Both the position numbers and the translations under genes were made by a program. A stretch of DNA of 64,000 bases, taken from the NCBI GenBank assembly GCA_964016885.1, contig OZ024751.1, positions 5,456,001 through 5,520,000 on the forward strand, written 5' to 3'. Under the pieces are notes generated by a model that made no database searches, was not told where the DNA came from, and saw only the letters and a list, made by a program, of their open reading frames with translations. Below are positions 25,265 to 38,300 of this stretch, in pieces (the stretch's first letter is position 1; every line of letters starts with the position of its first letter). The DNA is from Eledone cirrhosa. Taxonomy: Eukaryota.

Positions 25265-26751
25265 TATATACTATAAAGCTGAGGGCCGTATGTAAGTAAG
25301 AAACTTTCCGCCAAGCGGCTGGACCAAATGGCATCAAATTTGCACCATAGATATAACTTTTTCCAAGTAAGAAAGTGAGGGTATTTTACTCTACTGAATT
25401 TTGTTAAAAGATTAAATACATTATTTAACTTTTCACTTCTTTAAAATTTTCAAATGTCAACACTTCCCATTATACGACATTCCTAACGTCTTCACGAACC
25501 AAAGTATCATCTTCCTGTTTTCTTTCGGTTGCAGCGTTTTTCGAAATATTTACTTCTGCGTTCAGAGATTGATTTTTTTTAGTTTCAGAAGATCCCGTTA
25601 AGTTTGAAAGCAGCGATTCTTTGCTTATACTTTAATCTGTTATTTTAATATATATATATAATTATATATTCGTGTACATATATTTTTGCATACACAAAAA
25701 CAAAATATAAACAAACGTATTTATTTCACGAAAGCACAGACGGCTTATCGTTATTGTTACTGCCGATATGCCACCCCAAAAGTCCTAACCTGGCTCCAAG
25801 ATCAGATTTTTCAGAAGAAAAAAATGTTACTAGAGCAACAGAGAGACTAAGCTTCGCGATTGCCATCAACAAAGGTGAGGGTCAAACCCTAAAAGTGGCT
25901 GGCTTTCATCTGGGAAGACCATGGTTAATTGTATGTAGGATGCTCTAGAGTGAGCTCGCCAAACAATCTCTTCATCTTTGCTTCCGAGGGCCGAACAAAA
26001 AATATTGTATACTCTGAGGCTCTAACAATGTAATTTATGTATTTTCTGTTACTTGGAATTTCCATTATGGTTGTACAAATTATTGTAAAGTTTGTAAAAC
26101 ATTTGTTCTCTGTTCAACCTTTATTGTTGTAACTATTAATTTTCTTTAACGTACTGGCTGAGAAAAGAAACCTACAATGAAAGAACATCTTAAAGTTTAC
26201 CCAGGCCAAATGTTGTCTTTATTAACATTTCTATCTGCAGGTTCTTAGCAAGCTTACTGGCGCTTTAGTATGGTATTCAATTCTCATATCGTTTTTGGTG
26301 CATATATCGCAGCTATTTATGTTTTAAACATTAGATAACGATTGCTGATGTATATTGTACGACAGAATTAGCTGAAAAATATTTTGAATGAACAAATCAA
26401 AGAAATATAAAAGAGAGATGTTTGTTGGTTGGTTCCTTCGCGTATCACACGAGAAAACGAAAAGTGAAATCGGAATGCATGTACAGGATTGGGATAAGAG
26501 TATATCCAGAACGTTTATTGATACTAATTCTATAGGCACAAAATGTAGACACCATCCCAAGGCCGAGGTATTCCGTACTTCTCTGTACTGTTATATATAA
26601 TTATATATTCGTGTACATATATTTTTGCATACACAATAACATAATATAAACAAACATATTTATTTCACGAGGCTCGATAAGGATAAATATATATCATATA
26701 TATATAAGAACCCTAGAGCAAATCCCGAGCAACGTCGGGCTATTCTGCTAG
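25265..26751 (+). mobile_element. Internally deleted non-autonomous Helitron
   Basis: RepHel ATG at 25768 fused at ~25840 to PIF1 helicase C-terminal motifs (LSFAIAINKGEGQTL..HG*LYVGCSRV..TKNIVYSEAL, stop at 26033); hairpin 26724-26739 plus CTAG|T. Confidence 0.88.
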
Positions 26752-26759
26752 TGTATATA

Positions 26760-27460
26760 TATTTATTAAAATAACAGATTAAAGGGTAAGCAAACAATCG
26801 CTGCTATCACCCTTAATGGGATCTTCTGAAACTAAAAAAATCAATCTGTGAACGTAGAAGTAAATATTTCGAACAACGTTGCAACCGAAGGAGAACAAGA
26901 AGACGATACTTTCGTTCGTGGAGACGTTCCATGGCAATGAACGGAAAAAAGGAAGATAATACGTCATTATGTGGATCCATGAGAACAATTACACGCAAAG
27001 ACAAAACCATGTTTATTGTTCTCAACGCTCCACATAATGACGTATTATCTTCGGTTTTTTCGGTTCATCGCCAGGGAACGCCTCCATGAACCATCTAAAT
27101 AGAATATTAGTCTACGACTTCATTTATACCATAAACGTGGTTTTGTCTTTGCGTGTAATTGTTCTCAGGGTCCACATAATGACGTATTATCTTCGCTTTT
27201 TGCCGTTCATTGCCAGGGAACGTCTCCACGAACCAAAGTATCGTCTTCCTGTTTTCCTTCAGTTACAACGTTTTTCGAAATATTTACTTCTGCGTTCACA
27301 GATTGATTTTTTTTTCAGAAGATCCCGTTAAGGTTGAAAGCAGCGATTCTTTGCTTAAACTTTAATCTGTTATTTTAATAAATATTTGCTCTACGGTTCT
27401 TATATATTTGATATATATTTATCCTTATCGAGCCCTCTTTGGATTTTAGTCTTCAAATTT
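26760..27460. repeat. Inverted pair of repeat R forming a fold-back
   Basis: 26760-27025 is the reverse complement of ~27130-27385. Confidence 0.85.
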
Positions 27461-27560
27461 ATTATTATTACTATATCTATATATACCTATATATATGTAT
27501 ATACCTATATATGTATTCACACACACGCACACACATATATATAATTATATATATATATAC

Positions 27561-27627
<67 letters not shown>

Positions 27628-28139
27628 ACCAGCAATTTTAGTCCAACAGAAGTCAGCAGAATGACAGATCTAAGAAGAAGCTACTCTTGCGTATAACTGC
27701 ATGAAGCCTGATAAATCGGAAAATGGCAGCCCGTTGAAATTCCTACGTTTGAAGTAACTAGAATATATAATATGGCTGACATAGGATGTTGGCCTTGTTA
27801 TAACTTCTAGGAAATTGAATTGGAGGGAAAACATAATGCTCACGTGTGCAGTTCTCACTATATATTACAGTTCTATTCAATTGTACGATATATTAAGCAG
27901 TTATCTTACGAATGTTGCAAGTTAGGGGGATCTTTTCTGTATTTCTCCGATAAAGCTGGTATGCCCGCAAAAGGGAATATTGAATATCTTCGACACACTC
28001 GGAATTAAACAGGACGCAATAAAGAATATGAAGGTTTTAGTTATATAATAGAGGCTCATAAATATTTAGAGAGTCTTTGGTATGTATAAATTATACATTA
28101 AATACTTTTTATTTTCTCGATTTTTTTTTACGATTTCGA

Positions 28140-28385
28140 AGGCGCGTGGCCCAGTGGTAAGGTTGTTGGACTTACGATCATAATGTCGTAGGTTTAATTC
28201 CAGTACTGTGTTGTGTGCTGTGTTCTTGAGCAAAACACTTCCTTTCATGTTGCTCCAGTATACTCTACTATGGGCTGGCATCTTGTCCAGGGAGGAGTCT
28301 TGTACCCTATATCGCATCACACTACGTAAACCAGGATAAACACCAGCCTGATGAATCTCCAGGCTGGAGACAGATTTTATACTTT
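28140..28385 (+). mobile_element. tRNA-derived SINE, second family (CORE-like central region)
   Basis: GGCGCGTGGCCCAGTGGTAAGG A-box, GGTTTAATTCC B-box-like, tgtgttcttgagcaaaacactt. Confidence 0.7.
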
Positions 28386-30352
28386 AACGCTTTGCTCAGG
28401 GGAAAATAACTATGTTCCCTGATCATCACTGAACACCCGGGAATTGTGTGTTATATTCCACAATATAACACATTCCAGCTGTTGTCAGGGCATCAGAGTG
28501 CCGGCCAAATATTCATAGACTTCCATATGGTACTTTAATGTGGCATTTGACAGGTGTAAACCAAAATGTTTTAACGTAAATACACGCCAAGCATTCAAAT
28601 AATTCTATAACCGTTTATTAGTGTTTTGAAAATACGACAAACCACCGATTGATTTTATCGAACGGTTGAGCTGACATACTACAATATGTATAACCTGTTG
28701 AGAGACACACCAGAAGGTGGCGAAATTAATCATCCATTGGTGAATAGATCTGATTAAAAGAAACGATTCTATCACATTTTCCCGAGATAAATAAATACTT
28801 ATTGCGAGAAAAAGAATTCAAAGACATTTTCCTTTCATTTAAATTACTTTGTGTTAATCTAGAAAGTAGTGTGAATGCCCGTAGCATTTTAAATCATTCA
28901 AGATTAGATAATATGAGGATGGAGTAGATTATATAGTTCTATTGTAATGTGCTGTTCATCTATCGTACATTGCGGCTGTCATTAGTATTATTACTAGGTT
29001 GATAAATATTTAAGCTTTCACTCATGATTTATGCAGGTGCAGAACTGGTCTCTCTTAATGGTAGCCAAACATTATGTAGCTACCTGTGTTAAGCGTGATG
29101 CAGCCTTTCGCGAGAATTATTTCACTAATGCATTTTTGCCTCGATATTTCAAAGGATTGTTAACAACATGTTTCATTGAGATATTTGCTAAACATTACAA
29201 GAATAAACTATTCTTAAATATTGAAGATAGAGGGAACACAACTGGCAGCACATAACAATGTATAATTGGTTCTATTATGGTGGGGAATTAGAAATAAAAG
29301 TGATAGAACACTCAGATGGGAACTTGCTCTGGGGGCGGTTGTTCAACATAACAGCACTTTTTCACACCTTTAGAAGATTGAAAGCACAAACTGAACAAAA
29401 AAGGGATAAGATGATGTTAGTTTACACTGGTAATTGCTGATGACAAGGATACCCTACGGTCTTTATCATTTGTTAATGGGATGCATAAAATGATTTCACC
29501 GATTTTACTAATAGCTACATTAAGTGATAAAATACGTGGGATACATTCAGATACCTTTGCAAGAAAGGATGCCAATGGGAAATGAGATGATGATGTGTAT
29601 TGAGGAGTGTAAAATGAAGTAATGCTAAAGTTTGAAGCGAACGTGAAACTATTGTTTGTGTATTAAAAGACCATTAGCAGCATGATATACGCAATGAAAT
29701 ATTTGCCATCAACAGTAAAACACAGTTTTAAACATTAAGATATCATAACAGAGTAATGCCTCTCCCCTCGAAATAAAAGAGAATTTGTAGATATTTATGT
29801 TTTATGTTTCTTGATAAAAATTTATGTAAAATAATGTGTGAATCTATTTTGGTGTATATACAGGTAAAACTGACAGTACACATTCAATTTCAAATATATA
29901 TTTATAATGTATAGCGATTTTATAATGAAAACAAACAAACGAAACAAAAAAGAATTGCAAGATAAAAATGGCAGCTATAATATGCGTTCTTTCTTATTCA
30001 GTAACTCATTCATTGGCACATGTTTCAATTGATAAATTTAATGAAGCAGCGAAAGATTGTATAAAGCAAAATATATAATATCTGCGTAATGTTTTACTTA
30101 AACATTCCTGATCAATATCACCATATTGCTATAGGCATACATTGTCTAAGTCAGGCTGATAGAAAAGACAAATACATTTAGTTAATTGCTAGAAAATCCG
30201 TTTTACAGCTCTTCCGGCATTGTCAAAAACATTTTCATTATTTTTTTAATACTCTTTTCCTGGTAGACATATATGAATCTACGTACGTACATACATACAT
30301 TATATATATATATATATACATATAGAAATACAGCCGCGCAAAAGTAAACAAT

Positions 30353-30383
<31 letters not shown>

Positions 30384-30387
30384 GTAT

Positions 30388-30440
<53 letters not shown>

Positions 30441-30691
30441 AACACAGACGCAAAGACACATGTGCATCCACAAACACCTCCCCATACATACACATATATA
30501 CATACATACATCCATACATATATATATATATATGCGGTGCCCCAGCATGGCCTCAGCACATATATGCACATATATACATTTTCTTTAATCTGTAATTAAC
30601 TTAATATGGTGAATCTAGCAAATATATGCACAAGTTCATGTGTGAATCTGCCGCACACACACTCTATTCTCTCACTTTTACAATCCCCCCC

Positions 30692-30729
<38 letters not shown>

Positions 30730-31805
30730 GTGTGATTGTGTGTGTGTGATTGTTTGAGAATGTGTGTGTATTGTGCGTTTGTGATATAGTTACTATTTAG
30801 CTCTTTGTTGTGCCTCTGTAGGCGTTTACCAGTAATTTTGAAGGAATATTAGGGGTAATCTCATCCATTTGTAGATAAAGGCTAAATTTATCGAAGGTGG
30901 TGTTTATTGATCATTAGGGGCTAATGAGTTGAAATCTTTCAACAGGGCATTTCTGTTGTGGTAACCAAACGATATAACTGTTTTTTACTTTGCATGAATA
31001 CCGCAGGCTACTCCAATATATACAGCTTCTCGTATAGGCATAGTTTGCAGCTGTGAGCTCCAGGTGAATAATGACAGGTAACTGTCTCCTAAATAGTGCA
31101 GATACTTCGGGATTTCCGTACCAGGATACAAAACGAAACAAATGAATGTAATGGTTACAGCCTAAACACCTTTGATCGCTCAGGACCTGCAGCTAAACAA
31201 TAAAAACAAAACCGAAATCATTCAGAAATCTATTAAAAAAAAACTTCATGAAAAGTCTGAGCATAGTTGACAATTTCTGAGTTCATGGTAAATAATTCAA
31301 CAATCAGCCAAGACATTGCAAACGAAATCTCCAGAGATTATCTACCGAACTGGAGAAATTATTTATTTTGTATCTATATATTAGGTGTTTCGGCAGTAAA
31401 TATTGTTGTCTAGACGTTATAAGCTAAGATAAGCCAATTGAATTTAAAGATAAACCTTTTCTAATCACTTCCGCTTTGTTGTAAGCAGAATGAGTGAGAA
31501 ATAAAATTAGTGAAGATGGTTTACTTACGCAAACTGCCCTGCGTAAAACTACTGAAATGTTATAGGATTATGGACAAAACATTGTTCCATTCCACGGATG
31601 TGTGTACCTTACCTGACAAACGAATATAGATTTATTGAAATATGAAAGCGAATTATAAGAGTAAATATGTACGTTTGTATGTATGTATTTTTGTATATTT
31701 GTATGCATGAACGTGTGTATGTATGTAGGCACGCGTGTATGTATGTATGTATGTATGTATGTATGTATGTATGTATGTATGTATGTATGTATGTACATAT
31801 GTATG

Positions 31806-32420
31806 TCCTGGTCAGGTCACCAGTTGGTGCTACTGGTAACATGTATTCCAGTACAACCTGTCTCATGGTCGGGTGGTTCGGGACTAAACTGGCAACCCCA
31901 CCAAGGTTTCTTGGTGAGGAGGGTGACTTTGGACATCCTGCAGGACTAAAAACAAAACCTGTCAAAGGGCAAAGGAGCTCTTAAGAGTCAATGGCCATCC
32001 AAAATCACCGGGAGAGATGACCCCTTAGCCTTTGTCAAGGCAGAATTCTAGGAGAAGGAAAACTCTGATATAACACTTGCAACCCTGATTGTATCCAATG
32101 ATGTTGACTTGTTCTTCTTTTTTGGTAAATATCATCTTGGTTAAGAGAGTGGGACTGGCTTTGTTGCAGTACCTTTGCTCACTATAAAAGCTTCACAGCA
32201 CAAGCATTGCTTTATATCTGGAAATCTCTCTGCACTTGTCGTCACATGGTACCATAGGCCCAGCACTATGTGTCAATAATTGTCACAAGTTTAGTGTTTG
32301 TACCAGAGTTTTCAAGTCGCTGGCTGGACTAAAAAGTCACACTCGTTCAGCGCATCGGTAGGGGTTCTCCTACATGGATATAAAGTAGTGGCCGTACTCG
32401 AAAATGAGTTGGCAGCCACC
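31806..32420 (+). mobile_element. Retroposon family E, longest copy, RTE-5'UTR-like head
   Basis: (TATG)n on both sides; ggagaaggaaaactctga motif; a diverged partial copy follows at ~32470-32735. Confidence 0.7.
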
Positions 32421-33611
32421 ATGTATGTATGTATGTATGAAACTCCTAGTCTTCATTAAGACACCTCTCTAGGGGAATGTTACTCTGATATAAAACCTGC
32501 GACTTCATTTGCATCCAATGTTGTAGATAAGTTCTTCTTTTTGGGTAAATGCATTCGATGTGCAGAGAGTGGGACTGGCCCCGTGCAAAGCCTTTCTTCA
32601 CTTAAAAACGCTTCAAACACAGGCATCGCTTGATATGTGACAAAAAAAAAAAGAAAAAAAAGCGACGACCCTGATGCTCATGTTTAAGTATGAAGCGATG
32701 GCATTACTCGGAATCGAGTCTGCAGCTACTACATGTACGTATGCATACATAACATTCTCCAAGATTGTCCTCTAAATTTCAATTAAACACACGGCAGGGT
32801 TTGTCATATGTAACACATGGAATTTTTCAGCAAGCCATAGACAGAAAGTGACTCCCTATACATGTCTTTAAAATCGAACGACAAAACAACAAGCAAAAGA
32901 TGTAGCTGTCAATAAAAAGTATCTCCCTATACACGTTTTTAAAAATTTAGGGAAAATTCCCAACAACAACAAACAAAATATATGGCAAATTACAAAAACT
33001 AAGTTCTTATTTTGTATTTAAAAATGTAAGGAAAAACATCAACAAACAAAAGATGTCGCTAACAACAAAGATAATATTAGTCGACGATTCTTTATTAACT
33101 TCTGTGAAATATTATGCAGTGTAGAAGTTATTGTTTCTCACGGTAAAATGTTAACCTATTTTTCACTGTCTTACGAAAACCTTTTCTTTTTACTTGTAAA
33201 TAAACTTAAGCAGTTTTAGAAATGTAGTATATTATTATACGACACATAGTATTGAGATATGAAGTGACGTTTCATTAAAATAAACCAATTCATTAGAAAA
33301 ACATGCGCCAAAAGACATTCCAAAGAAGACTGAAGATAGAAAACAGAAGAAGAAGAAGAAGAAGAAGAAGAAGAAGAAGAAGAAGATACAAAATGTAAAA
33401 CAAAAAAAACAAAACAGTTTTAATCACTTTAAATTTGCCATTTTGAGAGATTTGTTGATTTTCTAAACGAAGCGGAACGGTTTATTCTAGCAAAATGTCA
33501 TGTTAAGTCACACATACAACTTCATGTCGAATAGATATTGACATAGCCAGACACCAGCTATTGATTTCCTCCTATTAAATATGCTGACATCTTAAAACAA
33601 TGGCACAATCT

Positions 33612-33950
33612 AGAACTCTCTTTCACTGTAGTTCTCTTTCAGTCTACCTTTCTTTCACTCTAACTCTCTTTCACTCTATAGCTCTCTCTCTCTCTATATA
33701 TATATATATAGCTCTTTCTCTGTAACTCTCTCTCACTATAAATCTATTCCACTGTATAGTTATCTCACTACTATCTCTATCACATTCTAACTCTCTCTCA
33801 CTCTAACTCTCTTTCACTCTAATTCTCTCTCTCTCATTCTAACTCTCTTTCACTCTAATTCTCTCTCTCTCACTCTAACTATCTTTTACTCTAATTCTCT
33901 CTCTCACTCTATAGCTCCCTCACTATATCTCTATCTTTTATAACTCCCTC
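33612..33950. repeat. Degenerate CT-rich minisatellite (~16-20 bp, CTCTAACTCTCTTTCA)
   Basis: Direct. Confidence 0.75.
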
Positions 33951-34418
33951 TCTCTTCTACTTCTCCCCTCTTTCTATCTGTCTTCTGTTTTTTCTTTTCT
34001 TTTCTTTGCTTCCCCTCTTTTTCTATTTCTGCTACCTTTCTTTTTCCTTTCTTTCGTTTCTTTCTTTATTTCTCCCTTCATTCTTTCTCTCTCTCTTTCG
34101 TTCATTTCTCCTTTCCTTTACTTTCATTCCATTTCCTATCTCCACATCTTCCCCAGTTACACACACGTGAATAGACATATTAAACTTCTGTGTCCTTATC
34201 GCTTCCAAAATGTAATCAAAAGAAGAGAAGAACTTTACAAGTAACTTCGTAATTTACCTTCTCCCCATGAGCATAATTTGTGATGCTGCTTTATCAGACA
34301 TTTCGTCACCACCAGATAAGATTAACACTTTAAAAATTATTCAAAATATATCAAATCATATTATATTTTTGTGCGTTCAATAGAGCAATTTTGTGCTTGA
34401 TTATAAGTCAATATATAT

Positions 34419-34459
<41 letters not shown>

Positions 34460-34539
34460 TATACACATATATATATGTATCTCTCTCTCTCTGTCCCTTT
34501 CTCTCTTTCTCTCTCTCTCTCTCCCTCTCTCTCTCTTTC

Positions 34540-34651
<112 letters not shown>

Positions 34652-35346
34652 AGAGAGAGAGCGTGTGTGTTTGTGTTCGTGTGTGTTTGTGTTCGTGTGT
34701 GTGTATTTGGTTTTAACAAGTGACTACTAAATTAAAAGAAAATTGTCAGACGAAATTAATCACATATAAAATTTGCATAAAATTGCAATTTTTCTATTGC
34801 TCTATAGAAAAAAAACGGGAAATACTTAATATACATGTTTGAAAGAATTCTCACAATCTTTTAAACCCTTTAAATTGCATTATAACACGCTATAGTAATA
34901 TTTAATATTTCTTGAGAAAGCTAAGAATGAGAGATGCATTTATATAACCGTTTAGTTAGCTAGCACCCACGGACGTGTTTGTTTTACCAGGATCACCGAG
35001 ACAGGTAACCAGACATCTGCGTCAAATGTTTACAAAAGAAATAAACTCTACTAAAGAGAGCCAGGGAGTAGGTGGAGAGGGCTGTAAAACCAGGCGACAG
35101 AATAATTCTAGTAGTTAAACAGGTATCCACTCGATCTGAATTCAGAATGTAACGATCCAGAACAAACATCTTAATGTTTGTCTGATGCCCTGACAAACAT
35201 TACACGCAACCCTCCCTGTTCTATAAACTAATCACTCTGCTAGCACACCTCTTATGTTGAGAGAGAATTGAAATCTTAACCATTGGTTTCTCTTCTGAAG
35301 ATGACTGCTTTGATCATTATTCTGGTGATGTACATTACTTTATTCT

Positions 35347-38300
35347 ACTTGTGATATAGACTATCATAGTTAGACCTACTGTGATGTAAACTATCATAGT
35401 TAGACCTACTGTGATGTAAACTATCATAGTTAGACCTACTGTGATGTAAACTATCATAGATAGACCTACTGTGATGTAATCATAGATAGACCTATTGTGA
35501 TCTAAATTATCATAGTTAGACCTACTGTGATGTAAACTATCATAGTTAGACCTACTGTGATGTAAAGTATCATAGTTAGACCTACTGTAATACACACTAT
35601 CTTAGTTAGACCTACTGTAATATAGTCTATCATAGTTAGACCTACTGTGATCTAAACTATCATAGTTAGACCAACTGTAATGTAAACTATCATAGTTAGA
35701 CCTACTGTGATGTAACCTATCATAGTTAGACCTACTCTGATGTAAACTATCCTAGTTAGACCTACTCTGATGTAAACTATCATAGTTAGACCTACTGTGA
35801 TCTAAACTATCATAGTTAGAACTACTGTGATGTAAACTATCATAGTTAGAACTACTGTGATGTAAACTATCATAGTTAGACATACTGTGATGTAAGCTAT
35901 CATAGATAGACCTACTGTGATGTAAACTATCATAGTTAGACCTACTCTGATGTAAACTATCATAGATAGACCTACTGTGTTCTAAACTATCATAGATAGA
36001 CCTACTGTGTTCTAAACTATCATAGATAGTCCTACTGTGATCTAAATTATCATAGTTATACCTACTGTGATGTAAACTATCATAGTTAGACCTGCTGTTA
36101 TGTAAACTATCATAGTTAGACCTACTGTGATGTAACCTATCATAGTTAGACCTACTCTGATGTAATCTATCATAGATAGATCTAGGGTGATCTAAACTAT
36201 CATAGTTAGAACTACTCTGATGTAAACTATCATAGATAGACCCACTGTATTCTAAATTATCATAGTTAAACCTACTGTGATGTAAACTATCATAGTTAGA
36301 CCTACTGTGATGTAAACTACCATAGTTAGACCTACTGGGATGTAAACTACCATAGTTAGACCTACTGGGATGTAAACTAACATAGATAGACCTACTGTGA
36401 TCTAAATTATCATAGACCTACTGTGATATAAACTATCATAGTTAGAACTACCGTGATGTAAACTACCATAGTTAGACATACTGTGATGTAAACTATCATA
36501 GTTAGACCTACTGTGATGTAAACTATCATAGTTAGACCTACTGTGATGTAAGCGATGATAGTTAGACCTACTGTGATATAGACTATTGTAGTTAGACCTA
36601 CTGTAATACACACTATCTTAGTTAGACTTATGAAATATAGTCTATCATAGTTAGACATACTGTGATGTAAACTATCATAATTAGACTTACTGTGATGTAA
36701 ACTATCATAGTTAGACCTACAGTGATATACACTATCTTAGTTAGATCTACTGTAATATACACTATCTTAGTTAGACCTACTCTAATATGCACTATTATAG
36801 TTAGACCTACTGTAATACACACTATCTTAGTTAGACCTACTGTAATATAGTCTATCATAGTTAGACCTACTGTGATATAGACTATCATAGTTAGACCTAT
36901 TGTGATGTAAACTACCATCGTTAGACCTACTGTGATGTAAACTATCATAGTTAGACCTACTGTGAGGTAAACAATCATAGTTAGACCTACTCTGATGAAA
37001 AATTTCATAGATAGACCTACTGTGATGTAATCATGGATAGACCTACTGTGATCTAAATTATCATAGTTAGACCTACTGTGATGTAAACTATCATAGTTAG
37101 AGCTACTGTGATGTAAACTATCATAGTTAGACCTACTGTGATCTAAATTATCATAGTTACACCTACTGTGATGTAAACTATCATAGATAGACCTACTGTC
37201 ATGTAAACTATCATAATTAGACCTACTGTGATCTAAATTATCATAGTTAGACCTACTGTGATGTAAACTATCATAGTTAGACCTACTCTGATGTAAACTA
37301 TCATAGTGAGACCTACTGTGATCTGAATTATCATAGTTAGACCTACTATGATGTAAACTATCATAGATAGATCTACTGTGATCTAAACTATCATATTTAT
37401 GACCTACTCTGATGTAAACTATCATAGATAGACCTACCCTGATCTAAATCATCATAGATAGACCTACTGCGATGTAAACTATCATAGTTAGACCTACTGT
37501 GATGTAAACTATCAAAGTGAGACCTACTGTGATATACACTATCTTAGTTAGACCTACTGTAATATGCACTATTATAGTTAGACCTACTGGAATACACACT
37601 ATTTTAGTTAGACCTACTGTAAAATAGTCTATCATGGTTAGACCTACTGTGATATAGACTATCATAATTAAACCTACTGTAATATACACTATCAAGTTAG
37701 ATCTACTATGATAAACACTATATTAGTTAGACCTACTGTGATATGCAGTATATTAGTTAGACCTACTGTAATATACAATATCTTAGTTAGACCTACTGTA
37801 ATATAGACTATATTAGTTAGACCTACTGTGATATGCAGTATAGTAGTTAGACGTACTGTAATATACGAAATCTTAGTTAGACCTACTGTGATATACAATA
37901 TCATAATTAGACCTACCGTGATATACACTATCTTAATTAGACCTACTTTTATATACAGAATCATTTTTAGACATACTGCGATATAGAGTATCTTAGTTAG
38001 AATTAATTTAATACACACTATTTTAATTAGACCTACTGTTATATAGATTACCATAGTCAGACCTACTGTGACATACACTATCTTAGTTAGACCTAATGTG
38101 ATATATACTATTTTAGTTAGACCTACTGTAATATAGAGCATCATAGTTCGACCTACTGTAATATACATTGAATTAGTTAGACCTACTGTTATATACCGTA
38201 TCTTAGACCTACTGTAATATATATAACCATAGTTAGATCTACTGTAATATACACTATCTTACTATGTGATGTAAACTATCTTAGTTAGACCTACTGTGAT

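Noticed and set aside
30914-31141. 75-aa unique-sequence ORF
   Set aside because: No recognisable motif or splice support
31529-31612. Exon-like 84-bp segment on the minus strand (tttgtcag|...|gtaagt)
   Set aside because: Stops in all three frames; it could only be non-coding and is unsupported without RNA data
34985-35215. Possible exon plus small hairpin (TAATGTTTGTC/GACAAACATTA) left of the array
   Set aside because: No recognisable protein, and an 11-bp stem alone is too weak to call
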